Positions 39,420 through 52,213 of a stretch of DNA of 64,000 bases are shown here, piece by piece. The stretch is from Octopus vulgaris (Eukaryota). The notes beneath the pieces were generated by a model. The model was not told the origin of the DNA. It was given only the letters and a program-made list of their open reading frames with translations, and did not search any database. The stretch spans positions 6,076,001 through 6,140,000 of the forward strand of contig OX597818.1 in NCBI GenBank assembly GCA_951406725.2, given 5' to 3'. The position numbers and the translations under genes were made by a program. Each line of letters begins with the position of its first letter. The stretch's first letter is position 1.

Positions 39420-40400
39420 TACATTCCATATCCGATTTGGAACACCATGAGCTGCACCTAAGTTCTGCTCTGTGTGCATCTTAAAATGTTTTTTGAGGCG
39501 TCCGTTAGAATTGCAGACCTTATAGCATACATGGCATTGAAAGGTGTGCGCAGATATATAGGCAAAATAGATGGTGGACGTTAGGTTTTCATGGGTCTTC
39601 AAATAAGATTTGAGCCCAGCAAAAGAAAGGCATGGTCTGTCACAAACTTTGCACAGAAAAGGTCACTGACATTCATTCCCTCGATCGCAACATTCTTCTT
39701 TAAAGCTTTCTTGAGTCTTGTATGTGTTATCTTGATCACGTTAAGAACCTTCACTCCACACTTTTGTTCGCCATCCAGCTCGATCCAAAGTAAAGGTTTC
39801 TATAGGTTTTGGATTCATTCCAATTGATTTCATGGTAGACCTTATGCTGTCCTTCAACCTCCTTTTTTTGTTTACAGCGATTGTGATTCCTCTCTGCATG
39901 CTCATCGTAAACTAGCTGTTTGGGTGTGCATTCTCCCACCATTCAAACAATGTGGTCAGACCATCTCATTTGATTTTTTCCAGAATCATTAATTCAATTT
40001 AAGTGAGGCATCTGTGTCTGGAATAAAAAGGCCCCATTTAATGTTTAAAATAGAGCGAAGCCATTATTTATGGAACCGTTCTAACAATTTGAAATATTTA
40101 ACAACACGTCCATGTTCTAGATGAATACAACAGGGATGGTAGAACAAACGATTTGTAAAGTGCCAATTTTGTGTTGTTATTTATATATCGTTGGCGCCAA
40201 ACGTGTGACTCCAAATCACCAAATGCTTGTGCTTCCCTTTCAATTTTTACAGATGTATTTTCTGTGTCCGAAATTCCATAATTTTATACAGACCTTTCAA
40301 GGTAAATAAAAGGCTCAACAACCTCAAGTAACTTATCCTTAAGGAAACTTCTAGTGGGGTGGTAAACAGCAGGTTGAAACAGTGCAACTGCTTTTTTTTC
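39420..40400 (-). mobile_element. Decayed RTE LINE 3' end with two C2H2-type fingers
   Basis: LLERFH, QMRWSDHIV*MVGECTPKQLVYDE, LDRAGWRTKV, then CKVCDRPCLSFAGLKSYLKTH and CHVCYKVCNSNGRLKKHFKMH. Confidence 0.8.
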
Positions 40401-40720
40401 TCAGGTTGGTGATGAAGCAAAAGTCATCACACACACAAACACACACACAGACGTAAGAGTATGTATATATATACATATATATGTATATGTATATCTCTCT
40501 ACCTATATATATATATATATATATATAATAGAAATAAGAAAATGGAGAAAAATTTAGTTGTTTCATTAGCTTTCGAATATTAAAATGTTGACATATTTAT
40601 TCATTTAACAAAGATGAGAACCTTAATAGCATACATATATACATTATAATTCAATACATATAATATATGAATACAATTATAAAAATCATAACATAAATTA
40701 TTGAAGTCATTACAATCACT

Positions 40721-40846
40721 TCTTACACCTGTTTCAGCGTATGGATAAAAGTAGATTTTTTCCCGTGCCTATAGTTTTCAATTATATTGTGGCTGTAGGC
40801 ATTTAAAAATAGGGTACTTATATATAACCATAAGCCTCGTCAGAGA
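40721..40846 (-). ncRNA. Type I hammerhead ribozyme with long stem II
   Basis: Minus strand TCT-CTGACGA-GGCTTATGG...CCATACGCT-GAA-ACAGGTGT-A-AGA. Confidence 0.7.
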
Positions 40847-42069
40847 TTCTAAAGAACTTTAAAATATTAATACATGAAACAGGATACACGTAGAATTTAA
40901 TATATATAAAAATATAAACAAATATCCATATACACGTACACATATACATATATACATACATAAACAGAGTATATACACTTTTACATGTGTATAAATATAT
41001 AAATAAACACAATTAAACAATAGGTCCAAGCAAATAGACAGTTCGTCATATTACTTCCGGTTTTCGCAGGGTAGAGACGTGTTGCTTTGCTCTGTGATAA
41101 AAAAACAAAAAGGTTTGCATAAATCGATGAAATAATCGACGAAAACTTGCGGTCAACTAGGATTTTTTAGTTAAAAACTGTAATATATTTCGCTTCAAGT
41201 CAAATATAATACACTAAAGTTAATTACGCACGCCAGATTTCCCGTCGAAAAAAGCACGTGGTGACATCTCTTAAGTTTATTCCCAATCGACTGTAACAAG
41301 CAAAAAGAACCGTTTTTCTTTACTTTTTTGAAAGAAAACCTCTTCGTATAGGTAGACGATTTTGGGACTTCTACCTCTTATAAGATAAGTACACTTCTTC
41401 ATTTGTTTAATTTCCCGTAATTCAATGTAAGGACCTATTCTCTGTTTACATTCTGTTAATAATCTTTCAATTTCTGTTTCAGCTCCGTTTTTTTCAATTT
41501 CACAATACATTTCTTTAAAATTGTCCAATTTTAGATAGGCATATATTTATTTGTTGCTTTATGTCTACGTTCTCTACGTTGTAATGTCTTAATATTAAGT
41601 TGAAAAACATTGAATATGGAACATATATATATTCTATTGATTTATATTATATGTATTATTATGTATATGTATATGTATAAGAGTATGAGTATATGCACTC
41701 ATATATATATGTAAATGATTTTTTATGGGTATGTACCCACACTTATATGAGTATATATGTAATTTAGTTTATACTTTAGAATCTCCGAAGAGGCCTTAAG
41801 ATATCTTTGTAAATGTCTCATTTTTAACTTCATATTGACGTACTATACATGACTAATATTTATATTTATATCTATTTATATTTATTTATTTATATCCTCT
41901 TATAATGACTGTACCTATTGTATTGTATTACTCAATCATGTACGCTGTTTTGTTATATATTTTTATGTTTAACCTTAATGTTCTTATTTAGTGGTTCAAT
42001 AAAGTATGTGATTGGGTATTATCTGGTAGTTGATTAATGATTTAGATGTATTTCTCCATTTTCTGATTT

Positions 42070-42100
<31 letters not shown>

Positions 42101-42330
42101 TTACTCAGCACCTCAATCTCCCTAAATATATAGACGCGAACATTAGGAGTATAGTCGCAATTAGTTTGGTTTAGAAGAAAACGTTTGTAGCTACGGACAG
42201 GTATATATTTATAATTTACATTCTGTTAATAATCGTTCAATTTCTGTTTCAGCTTCGTTTCTGTCATTTTCTCACTATATCTCTTTATAATTATTCAACT
42301 TTAGAGAGGTGTATATTTTATTTGTAGCTA

Positions 42331-42366
<36 letters not shown>

Positions 42367-42779
42367 CCTCTCAATCTTCCTAAATATATAGACGCGAACA
42401 CTAGAAATATAGTCGTAATTAGTTCCGAAGAAAACTCTCGTAGAAGTTTCGTAGGTATATATTTATTTGTTGCACAATCTCCTCTCTTTCATTTCTTTCT
42501 CTCTCTGTCTCTTCACTTATCTCCCTCATGCCTCTTTCTCTGTCTCTTCACTTCTCCACTCCTCTCTATCACACAATATTTTCTCTCTCAGCCTCTCAAT
42601 CTTTCTAAATATATAGACGCGAACTTTCTCCTCTCTTACTCTCTTACTCTCTTCTTATCTTCTCTCAGCTCTCAATGTCTCTAAATACACAGACACTTTC
42701 TTTCTCTATTTTTTCTCTACCCTCTATCACAATATTAAATTTTAAATATAATTAGATAAATAAATAAATAAAATATCAA

Positions 42780-45700
42780 AAAATGTCCAGAACCTGGAGG
42801 AGCATGGAATTGGCGTTGTTCCCGAGAGCCTGGAAATAATCCGAACAACATAATTACAGCTGCGCTGAAGAGCAGTGCATACACAAGGACGTTAGCACAG
42901 ATAGAGAGAAAGAAGCAGGTGTTTATACGCTTCTATGCACTCATAAGATCCCACATCGGCACGCTTGATGCCATCTTTGACAACGAACAAAGTAAAGATG
43001 GCAAGGATGGAGGCACGGGTGCTAATGAAAGATGTCACCCCACTTGGCAGACACGCAGGACAACAAAGAAGATTCAAGTGAGAAACCTGCCCGGGAAGTA
43101 AACCCAAGTGCAAGTGTCCCTACCAGCACCAAAAACCAAAACCATGAAGATGAAAGAGCCAAAAAAGAAGTAAAAGGAAGAAAACTAAAAGAAAAACAAA
43201 AGATGAAACAGCCAAGGATTGAAGCAAACCTGACTATCCATATACCAAAAAGGATAGAAAGAGACTGCGCACACGAATGTGTAAATTCTACCTGATAGGT
43301 GTCTGCTGGCATGGAGAGGAAAATGCAGGCTGCAGTTTTGCACACCAAAGACCCTGCCACATAAACATGAAACAGGGCAGAAACCAACTACCAAAAGGAA
43401 AAGGAATGGACCATGCACCACCTGCCCCAAAACGGAGGTACGCAGATGTAGTGCGTGCTACAAACCACCAACATATTATTGAAAGGGCAACTGCTGAACA
43501 AGAATATTTTTTGTGCATGGCACAAAAGATTGTATAACAGCTAACCTGGCTCCATCAAACTCAAACTCGCAGATGGGACAATCCACAATACACAAGACCG
43601 CCACAGTAAATAGACCCAAGGTGAACACCACCGGCAACAACACACACATCACCTCGATGCTCCTACTGAACATCAGAGGACTGCTAACACTCAGTAACAA
43701 GACAAAAATCCCGTTCTTGAGAGACCTTGTTGCATGCAGTCAAGCCTTATACATAGCACTTACGGAAACACACATGAAACCAGACATAGTAGATGCGGAA
43801 ATACACATACCACAGAATGTTGTACTACGGACCGACAGAAAAGAAAGGAGTCATGGAGGAGTTGCTATGTACATCCGCGAGGTCCTCACACCCCAGGTCC
43901 TTTTGTCATACTCAAATTCCGTGTGTGACACACTAATTGTACATAAAAGGCAACTTGGTGTAGTTGTGTGTGCTACATATCGCCCTCCAGATGCCCCAAG
44001 CCATGTAGGCAAGTTTGAAGAGTGCCTTATAAAAAGAGAAGACGTTCTAGTCACATTAGAACAACACATAAGTGTACTTCTTATGGGAGTCTTCAATCTG
44101 CCCAATGTCAGATGGCCCGAGGGCCTTTCTCTCCCAGGAATGACACGATGCGAACAAGGACAGGCGAGGTCCCTCCTGAACCTCATCAACATTCTGTACA
44201 TGGAGCAAATAATACTCCAGCCAACAATGGCAGGTAACATAATGGATCTCTGCTTCACAAATAATATGGACCTCATCCATAATGTGAAAGTGACACCGAC
44301 ACTGCTCTCGGATCACAACATGGTAGAGCTGACCATGTACGGGCCAAAAGAAAATCATGGACATGCAGTCTACAAGAAACTCTCAGAATCTTTCCAGCTT
44401 GAACTTCCATAAGGCAAACTGGAAACAAATTGAAAAAGAGATCCTCAAACAAAACTGGCCTGAATGTCTCTCCTCGCCAGACATCGACATGAAACTTCAA
44501 CAATTCATGTCTGTAATGCAAGCTATATGCTACAAATGTGTCCTAGAGAGAAAGGCCACTGTATACAAGAACAAAATCCCCAGAGAGAGGAGAATTCTAA
44601 TGAGACGGCGTACAAATGTTTCAAATCGACTAAACAAACAAATTGAAAGCAGTGAAAAGTCCCGCCTGAAAATAAAACTGTTGGAAATTGAAAAGTGTCT
44701 GCAACTCTCCCATGAAAAAGAAAGAGCAGACAAAGAAGCCAGGGCTATAGACAACATAAAATCTAACCCCAGAGCTTTCTACATGTATGCCAAAGAAACA
44801 GCTACGGTGCACTGTAGGATAGGGCCACTCATTGAAAAGGATGGCACACTCACAGCAAATCCAATGAGGATAAGTGAAATACTAAATGAGCAATCCAAGA
44901 GTATTTTCACTCCACCCCTAGGGCATTTTCAAGTCAGCAATCCAACTGACCTCTTTATCACTGCAGATATAAAATCAGAGGCAACGATGATTGAATACAT
45001 CAATATAAAGGAAGACGATGTAATAAAGGCTATAGATGAAATGAAAACAAACTCATCTACTGGCCACGATGGATTCCCAGCAATCCTTCTGAAAGTATGT
45101 AAGAGAGTCCTAGCAAGACCACTGCAGTTCCTCTTTCAGAGCTTCCTTGCAACTGGCAAAATTCCAAGAAAATTGAAGGAAGGTAAAATATGCCCTATTC
45201 ATAAAAGAGGTAACAGAGCGGAGGCCAAGAACTACAGACCTATCTCTCTGACCTCACACATCAGCAAGGTCATGGAACGAATAGTCAGAAGGAAACTAAT
45301 CACCTTCCTTGAAGAAAATGATTTGCTGCCTGACACCGAACATGGTTTCCGACCAGGAAGTAGCTGCCTAACACAGCTCCTATAACACTATGACTGGGTG
45401 CTGAAACCACTGCTCAACCACTCAAATGTCGAAGTCATATATCTCGACTTTGCAAAGGCCTTTGATAAAGTCGATCATGGAATGATATGTCACAAACTGC
45501 GTGATCTTGGCATAGTTGGAAAATTGGGAGAATGGCTTCATGACTTTCTGAAGGATAGAAGCCAGGTGGTAGTAGCCAATGGGGCCACTTCCATTAACAC
45601 GCAAATAGTGAGCGGTGTTCCACAAGGCACTGTTTTGGGACCACTACTGTTCATAATGGCCCTCTCAGACATGCCCTCAGCCACGCAGAGAGCCACGATC

Positions 45701-47415
45701 ACAAGTTATGCAGATGATACAAAAGTTTCACAGGCAATACAGAATCCTGAAGACACTATGCACCTGCAATGTGAGCTGGACAAAATATACAAGTGGGCTG
45801 GAAAGGATAGCATGCAGTTCAATGCTGAAAAGTTTCAAGCTTTATGCTATCAGCATGCAAAACTAAATGCAATACCCAATAAATGCACTGGACCTGGAGG
45901 GATTGCAATCCCAGAGGCACAATCAGTGCGAGACCTGGGTATTTACATGAGTGATGATGCAACCTTTTATGTGCATGTTACTAAATTGGCAATGAAATGT
46001 AGGCGGCTGGCTGGCTGGATTCTAAGAACCTTTAGAAAAAGAGACCAGGAAACCATGATGGTTTTCTGGAGGACACTTGTCCTAAGCCACTTTGACTATT
46101 GCTTTCAGCTATAGTCACCATCCAGTGTCAAGTTAATCACAGAACTTGAGGCGATCCAACGGAACGAGAGGACCGATCAGGTAAAGGACCTGGGTATCTT
46201 GGTGGATTCCTCCTTTTCGCCTTCGGCCCAGTGCGTCCATGCTGCCAACAAAGCACGCGGAATTCTGTTCTTGATTCGACGGTCATTCGGAATGCTCACA
46301 GCAGTCATATTCCTACCACTCTATGTCACGCTGGTGAGACCTATATTGGAGTATGGGATTCAAGCCTCTTCTCCTTATCTCCTCAAAGACATACAGCATC
46401 TCAAAAGAGTCCAGAAGCTGGCTACCCGCATGGTTGATGGTCTCAAAAATTTGTCCTACGAAGAAAGGCTGAGGACGTTCGACCTTTATTCTCTTGAAAA
46501 ACGCCGCCGCCGTGGTGATCTGATTCTCGCCCACAACATTATAAGCGGAAAGTGTAACCTCTCGAAAGAGCTGTTCTTCACTCCTGCTCCAGAGCGTCGG
46601 CTGCGGGGTCATTCCGAAAAGCTCTACCTGCGACGATTTCATCTCAATCGAAGGAGAGGAGCTTTCTCCGTCCGGGTTGCGGATCCGTGGAACAAGCTGC
46701 CAGACGAGATGGTGAAGATGCCGACGACCGCTTTGTTCAAACTCTTTACATGAACTCTTTACATGAACTCTTTACATGAACTCTTTACATGAACACCACC
46801 CTGTACTTAACTCCATGTCCCCCTACATGGCCTTGCTATTTGCTTTTGAGCCAAATTAACTAACTAACTAACTAACTACACGAAGATGATAGCCTCTGTG
46901 CAGCATATAAGCTACCGGGAAAGACTCAAGAGATTAAGGCTCTATTCCTTAGAGCGTATGCGAGAAAGATATGCCATAATATACATCTGGAAGATCCTAG
47001 AAGGACTTGTCCCAAACTTTGGCATCGAGAGTTACACAAATGCTAGAACTGGGCGGCACTGCATAGTGCCAAGAACTCCAAATTTGCCATCAAGATGTAG
47101 GACAAGATATTGTGATGGCCTGGACTTCAGAAGTCCACAGCTCTTCAATATCCTCCCGAAGAACCTGAGAGACCTGCATGGGGTGGATGCAAATGTCTTT
47201 AAAATAAAACTGGATCTCTTCCTGTCAGGTGTCCCAGATGAACCAACTTCACGGCAGGAGGTGCAGATGAGGGCAGCTGCATCGAACTCTCTCATGCACC
47301 AAATGGCAATTGCTAAAAAGCATTCGTGAAGTAAAATCATGTAGCAGCACCAAATGGTGGTGCCCCAGCATGGCCACAGCTCGTGAGCTGAAACTAGATA
47401 AAATAAAATAAAAAT
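42780..47415 (+). mobile_element. Near full-length, disabled CR1-group LINE (ORF1 remnant plus APE-RT ORF2)
   Basis: ORF1 Cys/His motif CKFYLIGVCWHG...CSFAH; APE motifs LNIRGL, TETH, GGVAMY, YRPP, GVFN (GDFN mutated), SDH; RT motifs NYRPISLTS, HGFRPG, YLDFAKAFDKV, GVPQGTVLGP, YADD; frameshift near 44360-44410, stops at 45383 and 46112; (TAAAA)n tail. Confidence 0.95.
46166..46876 (+). mobile_element. Nested 5'-truncated CR1-group LINE of a different family
   Basis: Open frame KDLGILVDSSFSPS...LYVTLVRPILEY...SLEKRRRRGDLI...FSVRVADPWNKLP; (TAAC)n tail; removing it restores host frame ELEAIQRN-YTKMIAS. Confidence 0.92.
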
Positions 47416-47487
47416 AAATAAAATACATATATACTGGAACATATACATACGTCTATGCTCATGACTACATAAACAATAATCAATTAT

Positions 47488-47672
<185 letters not shown>

Positions 47673-47969
47673 TTATTAGATTTAGAGTAATCTTCACTTC
47701 ACAATACATCATATATACGATACAATATATCCTATATTACGATACAATATAAACAATTTTAAATCCCAAATCCATACAAATAAATAAATATATATATATA
47801 TTTAAACATACAGTTAGATCAACGATTTTAGAATATAGTTCTTCTTCCTGCATACAAGTCCATGCGTATGGGTAACAAACAGAAGCAACATGTACATATG
47901 TATACATACGTACAAATATACATCAATATCAATATGAGGATTTGTTTTTCTTTTTCGTCAAAGTTATAT

Positions 47970-48342
47970 TATATTTATATATATAAAATTGTTAATGATC
48001 GGTAAATTAGCCCTAATTAGAAAGAAAATTTCATTAATGCATAGTGAACATTTTCTATCTATATAATTATACGCAGGTACTGATATTAGTATCTTCCATT
48101 GTAAATTATTACTTTTTTTTTTTATCCTTAAGTTCCCATATATATGTACTTAACCCAGTAGAATTACTCCTATTTCTATTTTTAAAAGTATATCTGTGAT
48201 AGTTAAGTCTTTGTTTCAAATTATTCTTCGTAGTCCCGATATAGACTTTCCTGTCGTATTGTGTTCTTACTATACATTGATATACTACTTCCTTCCTAAT
48301 GCAGTCATTATTAAATACACAATTTCTTCTTTTTAAGTTGCT
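47970..48342 (-). mobile_element. Penelope-like GIY-YIG endonuclease fragment
   Basis: [16 protein letters not shown]...KVYIGTTKNNLKQRLNYH...STGLSTYIWELKD, then WKILISVPAYNYIDRKCSLCINE. Confidence 0.88.
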
Positions 48343-48343
48343 G

Positions 48344-48399
<56 letters not shown>

Positions 48400-48408
48400 A
48401 CGGAGATG

Positions 48409-48442
<34 letters not shown>

Positions 48443-48484
48443 GGAGATGTACTTGCATATATATATATATTACGAAGATGTACA

Positions 48485-48758
48485 ATTACAGCGTGGAAGG
48501 TGTTTACATGCCATTTAAGAAACACACAAAATCCGTTAGATGCACTTGAAGATTTAAATTTCATTTCTCAAAATACTTTCGTCGCTTTGAGACAATGACA
48601 TGTTCACTGACTAAATGCAGCACGGAATTTTGTCAGGGAAGAGGTCGTGGTCTCAAAGCGTCGAACGTATTTTGACAAATTAAATTTAAATGTTGAAGTT
48701 AATCTAGTGGTTTTTGTGTGCTTCTTAAATGGCTTCCAAACACCTTCAACGCTGCAAT
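48485..48758. repeat. Diverged palindromic element, same family as 56907-57489
   Basis: cagcgtggaaggtgttt...ccatttaagaaacacacaaaa mirrored by ...cttaaatggcttccaaacaccttcaacgctg. Confidence 0.85.
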
Positions 48759-49059
48759 ATATATATATCTTTATAATCAAGGATAAGATATATATATAAG
48801 ATTTTATCAAGTAGCCAGCATGTAAGAAATCATATATGTAACAATTAATACAAAATAATTATATTAAGGGCACCAATGAGTATTTCACATGCTAGAAATA
48901 CTGAAATTCTACCATAGTGAAAACGGTAATGAGAGTTACATCTCTGAACTAGAAATCAATCTGTGGTTAAGTCATTTAAAAAATGTTTTGTTCATTTCCC
49001 ACGCTTTTAGCCTGTACCAATGTGCTAAATAATGTAGTTCTTAGAGCCATTTGGCGTCT

Positions 49060-49715
49060 GTTTCTATCATATGGCGCTCATTCAATAAAATCGCCCTTGG
49101 GTTTAACCACAGCGTTGAGACGACTTTGAAATCTACAGCAGCTCTTATGGAGGTCTCATTGTTTTATATGGTGAATGCTGCCATAATCCTTGCTCTCAGT
49201 CCATGTTTGGTGTCACAATGCGCTTTGTTGGACTCTCGCTCAACTGTTACCCGCACATAATAATTAAGGCGGTTGCAGTCTGGGAAGTTAGGTGACAAGA
49301 CTGAGATTTTTCTGCTTGTGTAGCATGATGCATAGTTCAACCTCATCCAGGAATTTGATGTAGGCCTCCGTGTTGAGTCACAGACCGTGTGGGAAAAATG
49401 CATAGAGGCATAAAGTCGCCATCACTAGTGATCACTCCAAACACCATGACGTTAACTTGATGTTTGATTTTTATCACTCTCAGTACATGTCCTCAGATTG
49501 CACTGTCCTCAGATTAACAACCAAACACTCTGAAATGCTCGTACTGGAACTTTCGGCGAAGATGCCAGTCAGTACCAGGCAGAGTGTATTGCGTATTGGT
49601 ACTGTTTTTTTCACAGACGGTGCGCAACTGAACCTACTATACTATGCAGTCGGAAAAATCAAAAGCAAACAATTTGCAAGCGCGAAATTAAAGATACGAA
49701 ATTGTGGTAATTTGG
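49060..49715 (-). mobile_element. Deleted Tc1/mariner remnant
   Basis: VMVFGVITSDGDFM, SPNFPDCNRLNYYV..TVERESNK. Confidence 0.7.
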
Positions 49716-49726
49716 GTTTATTCTTC

Positions 49727-49766
49727 TTGTAAGGGAAGGAATTGGATCCAATTCCTTCCCTTACAA
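49727..49766. repeat. Perfect 40 bp spacerless palindrome
   Basis: ttgtaagggaaggaattgga|tccaattccttcccttacaa. Confidence 0.95.
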
Positions 49767-50176
49767 TAAACCCAACCGGAATCTACCCAGTATTCATTCT
49801 ATATTGAGTGAGAAAACGGTATGGACGATTTTTTGGAGTCTAATAATACCATGTACGCCTGTTTGATTATGAGGATTTACAAACATACTTTCCCAGTGAT
49901 ACTCGGTTTACCTATCATTATAAACAATACCAAATGTTTTTTCTCAAACCTTTCATAATGTGATACAAGTCTTTGGTGTAGCAATTGCATGCGGTTGTTA
50001 TGTCGAATATGCATTGAAGTAAGAATAAGTTGTTCTATAAAGCTCGAAAAATATGTACCGCGACATCCTTTGTGTCCTGCTTTTCATTTTATTTCATTTG
50101 ATACATATATCCTCTCACCTATGCTACTAGCTGGCATATACAGGTGCTTACATTTATCAAGTATTCACCCTGAATT

Positions 50177-50230
<54 letters not shown>

Positions 50231-50254
50231 CACACGCATACACACATATGTAGT

Positions 50255-51420
50255 ATCGAGACGGTGTTTTTTTTGCCATTCCAAGCTGCTAACTTTACGC
50301 ATTTTGTTTTTATTTCGTTGTTTTTTTTTTCCTGAAAACAATAATTTTTGCTGGAATTTTTACAGAAAAGTTCACTGTGGGAAATTTTGAACATTCCCTC
50401 TGAGTCCCCAATTCCTGGAAGAGACATGCAGTCCTCCGTGTCAGAAGAACAAGGCAGGAGACCTTGGACTTGCTCAAAGTGAGCAGGAGGATGCCAGAAT
50501 ATGTAAGAAGTGATCTGAAAGAATCAGGATTCGAATACGAGGCAACGGCAGTAAGTCAAACTCTTGATTGAGGATCATACGCTATCAGAACTCTGGAATG
50601 CGTCGCCGAAATCCAGGAGATCCTGAACAATAGTCCTAGGAAGTCTATGTGTGTAATTACAGGGAATAAAGATGTAGACGAATAGCTGGTGGTGCATGAG
50701 AAATTTTGCTTCTTTTCATACAAAATTATGAAGGGATGATTTCAGTCCAAGGTAATGCAAGTAAAGCGACTTAAGCAGACTATGAAGCTGATTAACAAAT
50801 TGTAACACACACGGGAGTCAGACATGCTGTAGTTCTACGACGAGAAGAATTTCTGGCAAGATCAAACGATCGTCTCTCACAACAACAGGTCCCTCAAGGA
50901 CTTGACCGGAGTCAAGCAGTGGAGGTGACGTTATGCCACCCCACTTCTTCTCTGAGATGATTCAGATCAAAACACTGACGGCTGCATCCATCTAGTGAGT
51001 GAGATGCTGAATCCCAGAAAGCAACCTATTACCGTATGTGTTGCAGCAAGACTGTGCGTCCTGCCACACCAGCCGGAAGACACATGCATGACTGTCGGAG
51101 AATTTTTTTCGATCACACAGCACCTGGTATTTGACGTCCGAACTTGTCTGGATGTAATCCGCTCAACTTCCTTGTGTGGGGCGCAGTGGAATGAGGGACC
51201 AATAGATCCAGCTGCAAAACGAAGAACTATCTGAGAGCCAGCATTATCATAGCCTCCAAGGGTCTACAACTGGAAGTAATGACGATGTCCTCTGGCGGAT
51301 TCTGAAGTTGCTTGGCAGCCGTCATGGAGGCCAATGTCGGGTTCATCGACAGTGAAAGAAGACTATCTGATACAAATTTGACGAATATATCTCAAAAGAG
51401 TTTTTAAAACTGTTATATTT
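50255..51420 (+). mobile_element. Decayed Tc1/mariner transposon
   Basis: FYDEKNFWQDQTIVSHNNR, QQDCASCHT, DVIRSTSLCGAQ region is a frameshifted PDCNPLDFxVWGAVE motif, LAAVMEANVGFID. Confidence 0.75.
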
Positions 51421-51852
51421 TCCTCGGGCAGTCATCATGTGAAAGAATACTGTCCACTCACTCTTACTATTTACATGTAAACGCACGCATATACGCAGCT
51501 ATAAAATGTATGCAATATTTGAATATCTCGATTCGGCATAGCGAGACTAATAACCTCATTTAGGTCTCAATAGACGTATGGTCCAGGCCACAACTTTAGA
51601 TGAGTGTAGGGTGTTAACAGAGACGGAGACAACAGTAAAAATGTGCTATGTAATGTACTTCATTGGCTTATATCTGTTTCAGCAGCGGACTATTACTTAC
51701 GTATCTGAATAAAATTTTATAGCTTTATCAGAGACTTGAAGTGCACTTTATTTGGGAAAGTGACATTTTGAGAAGATACGACGTTATGAGCGTATATATA
51801 TGTAAATATAAATATATACATGTCTGTATGAATGTGAACACACACACACGCA

Positions 51853-51889
<37 letters not shown>

Positions 51890-51894
51890 GTAAA

Positions 51895-52130
51895 TGAAGG
51901 CGGCGAGCTGGCAGACACGTTAGCGCGCCAGGCGGAATGCTTAGCGGTATTTCGTCTGTCGTTACGTTCTGAGTTCAAATTCCGCCGAGGTCGACTTTGC
52001 CTTTCATCCTTTCGGGGTCGATAAATAAAAGTACCAGTTTCGTACTGGGGTCGATGTAATCGACTTAATCCGTTTGTCTGTCCTTGTTTGTCCTCTCTAT
52101 GTTTAGCCCCTTGTGGGCAATAAAGAAATA
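51895..52130 (+). mobile_element. Full-length tRNA-derived SINE with target-site duplication
   Basis: ggcgagctggcaga head, B-box gagttcaaattcc, tail gccccttgtgggcaataaagaaata; TSD tatattcaagtaaa at 51881-51894 and 52131-52144. Confidence 0.92.
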
Positions 52131-52213
52131 TATATTCAAGTAAAGGTTATAAATATAAATCTAATGAAAATATTAATAAAATATTATTTATTAATTATAA
52201 AATATGACACCAT

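Noticed and set aside
39411-39602. C2H2 zinc-finger ORF as a host transcription factor gene
   Set aside because: Lies directly after RTE LINE C-terminal motifs and lacks TGEKP linkers
46739-46794. 4x13 bp direct repeat as a CRISPR-like array
   Set aside because: No spacers, too short, inside a LINE fragment in eukaryotic DNA
43513-47329. Functional LINE ORF2 CDS
   Set aside because: Frameshift, two stops, mutated GDFN motif and a nested insertion
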